DNA of 64,000 nt from Paraphysomonas bandaiensis (taxonomy: Eukaryota; Protista; Chrysophyceae). Shown one piece after another: positions 10,747 through 22,123 of the stretch. Position 1 is the stretch's first letter, and each line of letters begins with the position of its first letter. Location: contig CBFFRP010000019.1 of the NCBI GenBank assembly GCA_965644295.1, positions 62,001-126,000 of the forward strand, written 5' to 3'. The notes under the pieces are model-generated. The model was not told the DNA's origin and ran no database searches. It saw only the letters and a program-made list of their open reading frames with translations. The position numbers and the translations under genes are program-made.

Positions 10747-12690
10747 CTAAAATTCAGATATCATTTCCTTTCTTTTAGCCTCATATTCCTCCCTAGACAG
10801 ATGACCACAGTCTAGAGCATCTTTTAGCTGGGACAAGCGGTCAGAGAGACTGAGTGCACTGACCGGACGCCTGGTAGTTGTAGGTGATAATCCAGAACTC
10901 AATGATAGTTGTGCCATTGCAGTGTCCAAATATGCACCGCAACTTGGAGTGTATGAAGACTGCGAGTGCTCCAACACAACAATGGGTTCAAAATGAACAA
11001 AAGACGTATCGCGAAACACCACTGGCGTTAGACTATGACGCTCTCTATCAACTATAATATGCATAACTCCGATTCCATCACTCGGGTGAACTGTTTCATC
11101 AATTGCGGATGCGTGACAAAAATTAACCACTAGAAGTTCGCGTAACTCTTGTTGCTGTTTGTAGGTCACGGCTTGCTCAGTGATATGACTCTCAAGTTTA
11201 GCTCCCTCCGCCAATAGCTCGATGCCAACTCGGTGTCCATTGGATGCTATAAGAATGCCCATGCGTCGAAGAGTTCCTGCGGCTTGACAATTCCTGCTTT
11301 CTCGGACAATCCGCCACCCCCTGTCCGAACCACGGGAGTGAAGAATACTGCACAATTGGAAGTGGTACGCAAATTTGCATGGGCTACCATATGACAGTAA
11401 TGCGAATGGGTGAAATAGACTCTCAACTGAGAAGTACTGCAGTGACTCTAAAAGAGTGGTTTCCAAATTTATTGAGCCATTTGCAAGACGGGGAAATGAA
11501 AAACCAATTGGAAATGAATAGCGTGGGACATATCGAATATCTTGCATCAGTAATGGGGTCAGCAGAGGGGCGGTAATTCTGAACATACATGACGATGTGC
11601 CATGGCGTGTGACATCAATTATGACCCCCTCCGAAAGCAAGTACGACAGTGGGTCTGAATCACCACTTTCACTCCCAATTGTCAAGTCTAATTCGTGGTC
11701 ATCGGGAGCGGACAGCATACTGGCTACGATTTCTCTCGCGCGCAAGATGACAGGATAGGTGCGAGCATGCACAAGGGAAAGGCGGTTCATCATCGTCGCA
11801 ACCGTGGCAGATTTTCTCAGTTCATGTTGGAGGTATGAGCCTGCCATATGTGAGTACCATCTACTCACGTCTATCGGTTGAGGTCTATCTTCATGCAACT
11901 TGTGTAACTCTTTGCACAAAAATGACAATAAACCAACATGACGTCCACTACGCCAAATTATATCCTGTACAATCTCTGTATGCACTGTGACCCCGTACTC
12001 TCTTTCATACTCTCCGATCATGTTAACAATCTGTTCATCTGTTGGGAGTGGCGGGGACATTGCATCTGCTATGTTAAACGGTGAAGAAGTTGATAAAGAT
12101 GATAACGAAGATGAAGACACGAGATTAAGTACTCGATACACACCAATGCCCAATATCGCATGCAGGCTGTACGGTTTACTTCCGACAGTTTGTGATTGGC
12201 TCGTGGCAATTGACCTCAATGCCTTCAAAAACGAAGTACAGTATTCAAGTGAGGAATTCAGAAGATTGTCAAATTCATCAATTATCAACACTTTTTTTCG
12301 CTCAGTTTTTGAAGAATTTTCAAAATAGTTCAAGAATGTGGCTGAATCAGAAAACAAAGGTCCACTTGAATAGAAACCTAAAGCTCTCCGAAACAATGAG
12401 TCAATGCTGGACCAAAAATTCTCTTTTGAAATACTTTCCAATGTTATGAATATCGTGTCAAAATTTCCATTGTCAGTGAGCACTTTTGAAATCTCTCTTG
12501 CACAGGAGCTTTTACCATCTTGGCGGTGAGAATGCAGTAAACGAAATTTTCCTTCTATTAAAGTATTAGCTACTTCTTCATGCCAACGTGAACGGTCCAC
12601 ACAGAAGTGACGATCACGGTCAATAATACCAGCAACATGAAATTCTCTCGGTGTTAACGGCAATTCATTTAATTTTGAAGAAAGGGACAT
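10747..12690 (-). CDS. P-loop NTPase (AAA_35/STAND-like) + PD-(D/E)XK-like nuclease fold + C-terminal SHOCT domain; Crinkler/RHS (CR)-effector-like, 647 aa, intronless
   Basis: Walker A-like HSHRQDGKSS, Walker B VLIIDEFD, SPFNI motif, then a helical region (SGRHVGL). REase-like AYHFQL...RRMGILI...GIELLA follows. The C-terminus LSDRLSQLKDALDCGHLSREEYEAKRKEMI fits the SHOCT consensus. Confidence 0.78.
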   Translation of the reverse strand: MSLSSKLNELPLTPREFHVAGIIDRDRHFCVDRSRWHEEVANTLIEGKFRLLHSHRQDGKSSCAREISKVLTDNGNFDTIFITLESISKENFWSSIDSLFRRALGFYSSGPLFSDSATFLNYFENSSKTERKKVLIIDEFDNLLNSSLEYCTSFLKALRSIATSQSQTVGSKPYSLHAILGIGVYRVLNLVSSSSLSSLSTSSPFNIADAMSPPLPTDEQIVNMIGEYEREYGVTVHTEIVQDIIWRSGRHVGLLSFLCKELHKLHEDRPQPIDVSRWYSHMAGSYLQHELRKSATVATMMNRLSLVHARTYPVILRAREIVASMLSAPDDHELDLTIGSESGDSDPLSYLLSEGVIIDVTRHGTSSCMFRITAPLLTPLLMQDIRYVPRYSFPIGFSFPRLANGSINLETTLLESLQYFSVESLFHPFALLSYGSPCKFAYHFQLCSILHSRGSDRGWRIVRESRNCQAAGTLRRMGILIASNGHRVGIELLAEGAKLESHITEQAVTYKQQQELRELLVVNFCHASAIDETVHPSDGIGVMHIIVDRERHSLTPVVFRDTSFVHFEPIVVLEHSQSSYTPSCGAYLDTAMAQLSLSSGLSPTTTRRPVSALSLSDRLSQLKDALDCGHLSREEYEAKRKEMISEF

Positions 12691-12921
12691 CTACTTTTAT
12701 TCATCACTCTGGTTAATGTCTTCTCACTTCTCATATTATACATGCATTATCAATATCGTCAAACATGATTGACGCACATCATTCAGGTTCCAACTGTACT
12801 GTGCTGTGTGTTACTATGCTGTATGTGTGTGTACATATGTGTATCAGACAAAAATAGTGACACAATGGTTTTTTAAGACTTTCACTACATAAATGTAAAA
12901 CCCGGATATTACTCTTCAATT

Positions 12922-13496
12922 AGCTATTGAGACAAAAAATCGGTGAAAATTAATGTGTCAAAACCATGAAAACGTCCATAGTTAAAAACAGGTAGAGTTT
13001 ATCCGTATTTTCAAATTAAGTAATCGGTAGTCTCTTACTATTTCACTTTAACGTCAGAACGAAAGCTCTTTATGATTTGCCTTTCCAGACCAAGATTCTC
13101 TTCAATATTGTCAACAATATTCATTAATTGAGTTTTTCTCTCTGATGCCTATTTGGGAAGATTTGGTTGCTTTTGTCCTCAATACTCGACAAGGATTTCT
13201 ATAAGAAAAAAAACTAACATTTGTCGTTAATGTTAAAGCAGTTATATCTTCCCAAATAGGCATCAGAGAGAAAAACTCAATTAATGAATATTGTTGACAA
13301 TATTGAAGAGAATCTTGGTCTGGAAAGGCAAATCATAAAGAGCTTTCGTTCTGACGTTAAAGTGAAATAAGTAAGAGACTACCGATTACTTAATTATAAA
13401 ATACGGATAAACTCTACCTGTTTTTAACTATGGACGTTTTCATGGTTTTGACACATTAATTAATAAAATTTTCACCGATTTTTTGTCTCAATAGCT
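12922..13496. repeat. Long fold-back inverted repeat (arms 12922-13162 and 13246-13496, ~83-bp spacer)
   Basis: AGCTATTGAGACAAAAAATCGGTGAAAAT...GCCTATTTGGGAAGAT is mirrored by ATCTTCCCAAATAGGC...ATTTTCACCGATTTTTTGTCTCAATAGCT. A few substitutions and small indels separate the arms. No clear TSD. Confidence 0.95.
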
Positions 13497-13754
13497 TATT
13501 AAAAAGCCCAGAAAAAACTGCACATTTTCTATTCTTAGATAATACGGACAACTACGATATACACTGTATAGTAGAATATCATATCTTTTGGCTTCACACA
13601 AAAACTGGCACTTTTATATAATAAAAATACCATTTCATAGGGAAATAGCCACTTTATGAGTTGTAACACACTGCTGTCAGAATCTATACTATTCTCCTTG
13701 TACATGACAGCCGTTAGTGGCATATATCAATATTCGACCATAGTTACTGCAAAC

Positions 13755-14650
13755 ATGAGTGAGACAGATTCAGACAGGGAAGAAGAGTTACCTCAATGCG
13801 GAAGAGGAAGTGGCCGTTAACGCCGACAGCCGGTTGTGTCTGTTGACTCCAATGCTGATAATATATCTGACTATAAGAAGAAACGAACAAAAGCAGGATT
13901 GAAAGCGGCATACAAGCAAAGGTTGGGCATATTGCAGCGTGGTATAAAACAGAGTACTCTGAAGCTCTAGATGATGATGAAAATTTGAAGATTCCATTCC
14001 CGAAAGACATCTGTCTTGATTTATTCGGCCATACGTATAACTAAGCCAGGCAATAGATTGCTACGAGATTGACATCAATAAACTGAAGAAGAAAGACCTC
14101 ATGAAACCAGAAGGGGTAAAAGTCTGTTAAAAATGAATAGCTGTAACAAGCTAGCGACGACGATGATGTTACTTGTTCCCTGTGCCATTGCAGGCAGTTG
14201 GTCCTATATGTTGTTCATGTGGGCATATTTTGTGCTGATGTGGAATATGATGAGTAGATCTGATTCAGTAGCTTCATTGATGAGTGAACGTTTTGACTGG
14301 AAAGGTGACTCAATGCTTGTTCAAGAGCAAGGACACAAAGCGGACAGAAAAGCCAGTGACAAAGAATAGCATCATGCAAGACAATGAATATAATGAACAA
14401 TGGTGGAAAATCTTTAACTGGCAAGATGGTCAGATTATGCACTTCGTTTCAAAAGATTGGATATTTCCAGCCAGAATTCCATTGATCGGTCTGTATGAGT
14501 TATAGTTCTATGGAGATAGGGTGAGCGGAATAAGACCATATCATCTCATAAGTCGTAAGTTTGACATACAGAAGAGTGATGAGCTAGTACAGTGCGTGAT
14601 GTCATTTGTTAATACTATCGTGAGTGATAATGGGCTGTTGCCAGATGGAT
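13755..14650 (+). pseudogene. Decayed Crypton (CryptonS-like) tyrosine recombinase / Ndc10-like element, internally deleted
   Basis: FMWAYFVLMWNMMSRSDSV...FDWKGDSMLV..QGHKADR matches the stramenopile Crypton YR pattern (L.WNLM.R..SV, W..D.L, K.DQ). The downstream FNWQDG..HFVSKDWIFP...LYEL*FYGD...IRPY matches the typical C-terminal region, with TAG at 14503-14505 where W is expected. The HxxR/Y catalytic part is missing; several stops and frameshifts. Confidence 0.72.
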
Positions 14651-15230
14651 ACAGCACCCTCAACAATGTTCCTCCACGTTCTAGTGATATATGTATGTAT
14701 GTATATTTTGTCGGGTGCAAATGGAGCTGGAATTATAGGGCACACAGAAATACAAAAGACAAAACATCAGATATGGCACTTAAAAACTCTCCTGTAATAT
14801 TCTTGAACTTGTTTCGAAGTCCAGGTTATGAAGATAGATCACATACAATATAATCACATACATATGACTGTCAATATCATAATTGATAATTAAGATAGAA
14901 ATGAGTTTCTGTTAACCCAATATTGAAGTTGAATGTGTATATTTAGTTTATTATAATATGTTGCCAATATGCTATATGTACAACACACACTATATTTCAG
15001 CTGTTTGTGTAGTTAGATCCCATTCAATATATCTGTGAAGAAATGGATCTTGCAGTCAGATCATGTGATAATTATTAGTCAATTGTAATAAACAAAGTTG
15101 TGAATTTAAAACTGACACTGACTAACGTGTATAGTGTATAATATATTAAAAACATATGTATAAAACAAATAGAACTTGCATGGATAACAGAAAATCAATC
15201 GGACCAAGATAATTACCATTGGTTGGCGTT

Positions 15231-15355
15231 GCTGTCAGTGTCATTGTTATCGCCTTCGATAGTTGTGCCAGCTCTTTTCTTCATCCTTTCAGCTGTCAGT
15301 GTCATTGTTATCGCCTTCGAGAGTTGTGCCAGCTCTCTTCTTCATCCTTTCAGCT
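15231..15355. repeat. Near-perfect 61-bp tandem duplication
   Basis: GCTGTCAGTGTCATTGTTATCGCCTTCGA(T/G)AGTTGTGCCAGCTCT(T/C)TTCTTCATCCTTTCA at 15231 and 15292, with 2 substitutions. Confidence 0.92.
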
Positions 15356-16455
15356 TCTTTACGATTGCAGGAGAGCTCCAACGTCTTGACGAGCAACTCT
15401 CTCATCTGCACGCCTAACGGTATTGTTTCGTCCTGCATCAACAAATATTACTATCGAAGAACATTGTAATATATATACACCATATTCAAAAGGGAAGCAA
15501 AATCTGGAGTGAACTAATAACTGACTTCCTTATTTACTTCCAGTGTTGTTTATTTCTTCCAAATAGTTTCAGAGTTGATTCCGAAGAGCTTTAATGTATG
15601 TATGTATGTATGTATGTACGTATGTGTATGTACGTATGTAGGTTTAAATCAACACTCTTCACCTTTCACAATCTGATCAATAGTAATGGTTCCTGCCGGA
15701 ATATACTCAGTCAGGGATACGGTTTCACTGATGTAGATGTCAGTGCTTTCATTGTTGACCAGGAGTGTGGCTTGTGGTAAGAAGCTTCTCAGACATATTT
15801 CTCCAAGCTCTGTTATCGTCGTGGTCTTGGCACCATGGGTCTCCATGCCTGCCAAAGCAATGGCATGCTTCTGCTAATGCTTGAGACTATAAATCATTTA
15901 TCAGGTGTATTACTATTAATGAAGCTCTATTGTGTAAAAATGTCTTCCACTCAAGATTCATTTCTGTCCTTGAAGACAAAAAGACATGCATAAAGAGCTA
16001 GACGGATTTCTGTCTTTTGTCCTCCTATAATTTCTGCTTTTCACCCTCAGAAGACATTTTTTGTCTATAATAATATGGAGGACTTCCAAAAATGCAACAT
16101 CCACCTTATCGGCAGTCAGCATCTTATTTTTCGTGAATAAATTGAAGCAAAAATACTCTATGCAACTGTAGTATACCTACGGTTAGAATACATATAATTG
16201 TTGTCTCAATATTAGAGGCATATTTGAACAAAAATATACCAAGGGTGCCGATACGCACACCGGATTTTAGAAATTTGTTGTGGCCGTAAATCTTATCCAG
16301 TACTGCCTTCTCATATATATAAGATACTATCACATGTATAATAAGCAAGAGTTCTCCTGGAGAATAAGTGATACTATCCTCTATCTCTGTAGTGTTGAAT
16401 TACATCTCGTCTAATCATACACTGATATAGCCAGTAACTCTCTATATACATAGAT

Positions 16456-17638
16456 ATGCAGTGTCCTGTACAGCACTCCACATCAAGTGATTGGATGGAA
16501 AGAGTAAAGGACAAAACACCTGAAGAACAACAACAGTATATGTGGAATATACTCACTGAATCTGAAATAAGTGTTGCGGCTGAGTGGCCCTCATTTCAAG
16601 ATGTATATAATGATGTAACAGAAACTGACCCTAATATATTATTTCATAATAAGAATGACGTCAGAGATTCAAACAAGTTACTGTGTGCTAATGGTATACT
16701 CTGTCAAGTTCGTATCGAATGGTTTAATGGACATGGCTACACTGGTTTGTTTGAACGCGCTGATTATGGAATCCTGCGACTATCTTCTGCACTCCCCCCA
16801 CTACAACAGCATGTGCCTTCCTTTGCAGGAGGGTTGAGTGAATCGAAATTGTTCCCCTGTGTTGCATTAAAATTTTTCCGGTAAATTTATCACCAATACC
16901 GATATATAACTGTATAATTTTTGCAAAAGTCGAAATGCCCATTCAGGGAACATGCTTTTTGGAGGCAAGAAAACTGGCCAAAAGGAAGATTTTTTCTTTG
17001 AGCGCTCTGTGTGCACTAACCTAACGGAGAAGGTGATTTGTATGTTATAAATATTTTCAGCTGTGGTTTTTAACCTTGTATGAAAGGTGAATTTCTTTTT
17101 AAGCTGGATACTACGATTGTTTCGGAGATATTCCGAGTACCCTACGCAACTAGGTGTCTCTGATTTCGCTAGTGTTCACCAAGATGGTACTCTAGTGCCT
17201 TCAGATGAAGTTAATTTTCCATGGTGCGTAGCACTTTACCCAGTTATTTCGGAGCAGACCTTTCCATGCCTGCGTAAGTCAGAACAGGCAAATAACGAGT
17301 CGTATCTTGAGCATTTGTTGGAGATAGAAGAAGGCACAACGCTGTATGATGTTTACGCCCTTCCAACACCAGAAGCTGCCCTAGACTTATCCGGGACATC
17401 TATCCAACGTATTGGCCGGGTTGTAACGGCATCAAAGTGCATTCGATCTGCTCACGACCGGCGTATTGTGTTCAGGCACCAACGTAAAGAAGAGGACTAC
17501 GAAAGGAGACCGTACTGGATGCACAATATGGTAGCAGCTCATACTGAAGTCGGGGCTGGATTCTTTGATAAAATGATACCTCTATTAAACTTTTATGATT
17601 TTGAAAACCAGAAAGGGGATAATATTGAGGAGAAATAG
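16456..17638 (+). CDS. Catalase-like (heme-dependent catalase superfamily) protein of the protist type
   Basis: Exons 16456-16880, 16930-17032 and 17087-17638 splice in frame (introns 49 and 54 nt). Motifs HGYTGLF..ADYGILRLSSA, P.VALKFFR, SGNMLF...GQ.EDFFF, IGRVVT.S and FRHQR.EED...RP.W. Confidence 0.7.
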
Positions 17639-18671
17639 CTATCATAATAGACTTGAAATATAAATACACCCATACTGCAATGAATAAAATTTCTGATGAT
17701 GTCAGCGGAATGGTCTATCCTTTACAACATTTTTTGCAAGTTTTTTTCTGGGAGTGTCAAAAGCCATGCTAGAGGATTGGCACCCAATCTTTATTGGTCG
17801 CGTCGTGTTTATCTGGATTGTGTGTGCCACATCAAACATCAAACATACTGCATTCGAGTCAGTTGAACTAGCAGGGGTTAAGCGTGATGCGTGATGTACA
17901 TAAAGCAATCCGATAAATACATACCTTGAGAAGCCTTGCCCAATTACAAATTTCAATATATCGCAGTTACTATTACCAGAGCATCCTTCTGTTATAGAAG
18001 TACAGTTTTTGTAGCTATTATCGAAAAGCAATACTTTCACTCTTCTTTTTTTAATATTAATCATTAACCACGGAGCTCCTATTTCTTATAACAGTAAGCT
18101 ACTAATATCTACACATTCTAGGTATTACATTTAGAACATCATGAGTGGAAACTACAATCTTACTCTAGGGAAAATATATAATTAATAGTCTACCCATCAA
18201 AAGTTTCACTATGATACGGTGAACATAGAAAACGTCATTTATAAAAATCCATATTAATATAACTATCGAAAATTGGAAGATACCAAAGATTCAATTCTTA
18301 AATGCTTCATGCACACACAACACACGCAATCTCTGACTCGTCAACTTCATCTCTCACATTACGACGCACATATGATGCCTGAGGGCTTAATGTTATGATA
18401 TACATACGTAACCATATTACAAAAATTAATTTATATATTTTTTATCTATTTTATGCGCTTAACCCTGTTTACATAGGAGTGCTTGAATTTGTATGAATTA
18501 CACTAAGAAGGCCGTCAGATAATCCCTTGAGATCATTATATTTCTTAATATATTTGGAGCGGGTAGTGTAGGTTCAAATACAATCAACTAGCTATCATAT
18601 TAGTTATAGCGATATTGTGCTCAATCCTGTAACTGCCACTACCGAACACTATGACCATGCTCAAGATGCAA

Positions 18672-19193
18672 TTAATTTTTCTTCTTTGATTGAATCTCCG
18701 CCATTCTATCAAGCATGTCATCTTCATCTTCATCCTCGTCCTCCTGCTGAGGTTTCGCTGGAGCGGCCTTTGCCTACAATAAAAATAAACAAGACACTAT
18801 CAATAAGAATATCATATACCCGCTTCATCTCCTGAGCTCGTAGTTTCTCTTTCTTTTGCTTTTCCTTCATAGCCTACATTTAAACAATTACGAACAGGTA
18901 TTATAGTTGTAATTTCTTACCTTTTTCGACTGCGCTTTCTCTAGTGCGGCTTTCTCTGAAGCAGCAAGTTCATCCAAGAAATTATCTGCAGATTTTTCAA
19001 GTTGTTGTGCTGCTTTTTCACTTTGTTGAACTTTGTATTTATCATAAGCAATAATACCAACAACTGCAGCAGCAAATAATCCAAAGAAAACAGGCTTTGG
19101 TAACATATCAAATAAGAACTTGAAGAAAACAAGGATCAATGGAAGGATCCAAAAGTGCATATTTTCATAGAAAACTTTCTGTGGTGTTGCCAT
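18672..19193 (-). CDS. Small membrane protein with two N-terminal hydrophobic helices and a charged coiled-coil tail (hypothetical)
   Basis: The ORF MATPQKV...AQSKK ends at a GT donor. Two further short exons give AMKEKQKKRKLRAQEMKR and AKAAPAKPQQEDEDEDEDDMLDRMAEIQSKKKN*, with the stop at 18672-18674. Confidence 0.75.
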
Positions 19194-19688
19194 TGCTGAA
19201 TATTACGTTTATGTAAAATAGCAGCAATATATTGTGATTAATTGTTATGGTTTGGATGTATGTACAGCAACTTACGGTTCGAGAGATAGCATATGTATGT
19301 ATACTGCTGCTGTTGTATGCATGTGCATACCATATATATAGCCTGTTGCCTGTTGCTGTATGTGCGACAAGTACAGGTATGTATGTATGTAGGTATGTAT
19401 GTATAGGTATACAACTCTCAAGTATCTGAGTGATGGAGAGTGAATGGCTATACGTATACTCTGTATACACCTATATACTGTACCTGAGATACGTATTTCA
19501 TACAGCAGTATTTTATCATTGTATTCTATCTGTGTATATATCTTGAGTTCTAGAGGCGTAATGATTCATACGTTAAGTTATATACTTATACCTTAAGTTT
19601 ATTGTCCTTTAACAGTGAAGGTATAGGGACAGTTGCGTATAATCTACTCTCCTGAATATAGGAGAGAGGATCAAGTCTGATTTCAAAG

Positions 19689-20930
19689 ATGAGATCGAGC
19701 AAACATACACATCACAAACAAACAAAGCCACTGCTTAATATATACACACTCAGTATATTATCTATTGTAATATTTGCCGCATTTTCATTGTATAATATTA
19801 TTATGCACCAGAGTGCATCAGTGGGGTCTTCACCACCTGGTATGTCTGATATGGCCGTAAATAGTATCATCAAATCATTAAATTCAACCCGGGACCGCAT
19901 CAGACCTGTGTTACTACCGCCCGCGGTGGACTCTACTCCGTCAAAAATATCGGTGGATGCAGTGGACAAAGATAAAATAGCATCTTCCCCCATTTCTCAA
20001 TCTGTTTCTAGTAGAAGTGCTAAGCTGCATGCCGTAACATATGCTTCCCATGGCGGCAGAGATGACAGATTCTGTAGAGCAGTTGAATCTGCTATTCGAC
20101 ACGGCGTAGAGCTTATTATTCTAGGATGGGGAATAAAATGGAGAGGTTTGTCCCAGAAACTTGAGGCGGCACATGCGTACGCTTCTGCGCTACCATCCAA
20201 CGACGTGATTCTCTTCACTGATGCCTTTGACGTAATGTTCACGAATTCACCAGACATCATCTTGAAGGAATTCGAATCCATGGATGGTGATATTATATTT
20301 GCAGGTATATTTAGTGTATGATATGCTATTGCGCACTAATTTCTTTGCACTGCGTGTGGCACAGGGGAGTGTGGATGCTGGCCTCATGTGACAATTGACC
20401 GTGGTCGGCCTTGCTTCGAGTCATATCCGCAATCGCCCACTCCATACAGATACCTAAATAGTGGGACTTGGATTGGAAGAGCTGGTAGGGCCGCAGAAAT
20501 GCTTGCAGCTGTTATCAAAGAAGCAGGAAAGGATTTTGCTAATGCAAATGACCAGAAGCTAGTAGCAGACATGTTCATGGAGAAACGCTATGGTCTTAGA
20601 TTGGATTACCATGCCCGACTGTTTCAGTCAATGCACATGACTTTCGATAAGCCCTTGCCTTACTGTAACCCTGCAGAGGATATAGAGGTTGTGGGAGACG
20701 GGCGTTTTCACAACAAGCGAACCCATTCGAGTCCGTCGGTGTTTCATTTTAATGGAGGAGGCAAAAAGCACCACTTGAAGATGGAGTCCAAACTATGGTA
20801 CAAGGCTGCGAAGTACAACACACCTGAGCAGAGAAATAAGTTGGCGACTACAGTTATTTCGACTCCAATAGATGAGTTTAGGAATAGAACGATGCAGTTC
20901 AACAAGATTTGTACAACATATTTCAAGTGA
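19689..20930 (+). CDS. PLOD/LH3-type GT-A glycosyltransferase domain protein, type II membrane
   Basis: Exons 19689-20304 and 20365-20930 (60-nt intron gives FAGECGCWP). N-terminal TM helix and stem. Motifs VILFTDAFDV (DxD), YRYLNSGTWIG, NDQ, LDY.ARLFQ and HFNG. Confidence 0.88.
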
Positions 20931-22123
20931 TATAATGATTTATGTAGAGTTGCCATATATGATAGTTTTTGGAATAAGTAATACCAACAATAATAAGATA
21001 CTTCGTATAACTGTTCGCTTGTTGCAAGCATCCTGAATCCTACCCAATTAATCACTTATCTTTTATGACGCAATGTGTCCCGTATAACTCAGTACGAAAT
21101 CTTGTTATGATTACCTATACGGATATGTTCATAGTCTACATTGTTTCAAAATTGTGGACTAATAGTGCAAGTCACGACTTAATTTAGTGTTACGTCCATG
21201 TGTTATGCATGAGTGTAGATATTGAACCAAGTTATATTGACGTCGTTGCAGCAGTTCAAGGTAAACTCAACAGTAGTATGTGTGATCTAGGCTTCATGCT
21301 TCTGTTCACTGTTCACTGTTCACGATAGTAATGTATTTGATCGAGAAAATAATTAAAAATATTGTGAATATTCGAAGTTAATTGAATAAGATATACATAT
21401 ATCCACCCATATAAGCACATTCTCAAGTAACTATGGACATTGGAGATCAACAATAGCTTGCTCGTATTGTCTTTCACACATGTAAGAACATGCAATGCTG
21501 CATCACATATTTAGACTAGGTTTTGACTATAGCATCCCTTGTCATTGACGATTCTCAAGTGTACATATGAGGGAGATTCGAAAGGGATCCACATGGCTTG
21601 CAGGCATGCAACTGTATGTATGAGATCCTTCTCTCTGGCTGGATCTGCAGTGGCCTGCACTATATGCATGTATGTACTGCTCATGTCCATACTGCTGTAT
21701 ACCGCAGAGTGGATACACGCATATCATAGTATCATATCATACACATGTCATACACGAGTATCATACATACAGAAAATACAGTACATGAGTCCACACTAGA
21801 TCTGAGTGCGTCCAGCAGTATGGAAGTCAATGCAGCTAAGCATCTGACAGCTCATCACTTACTCTCCTTGTATATATTATATATTACCTCATCATACATA
21901 TCTAACTCCTTCCCATACCTCTATGATTGTTAGCAATGATGTGTACTCTGGGCTGTATTCAGTCAATGGATTCCGTTGGATTGTAGATGACATATCAATC
22001 CAATGATTACATATCCTAACAGTAATTCCACTGAACACATTAGAGTGAGATATGAGTTCCTATCATGTAAGTAGATGTCATTGTAATATACGTTAACATT
22101 ATCCCTTACATTTACTCACTGCA

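Noticed and set aside
15280-15855. Possible spliced minus-strand gene (MAGMETHG...)
   Set aside because: No continuous spliced frame could be built and no domain was recognised.
17702-18064. 120-aa minus-strand ORF
   Set aside because: No motif, homology cue or splice support; may be a chance ORF.
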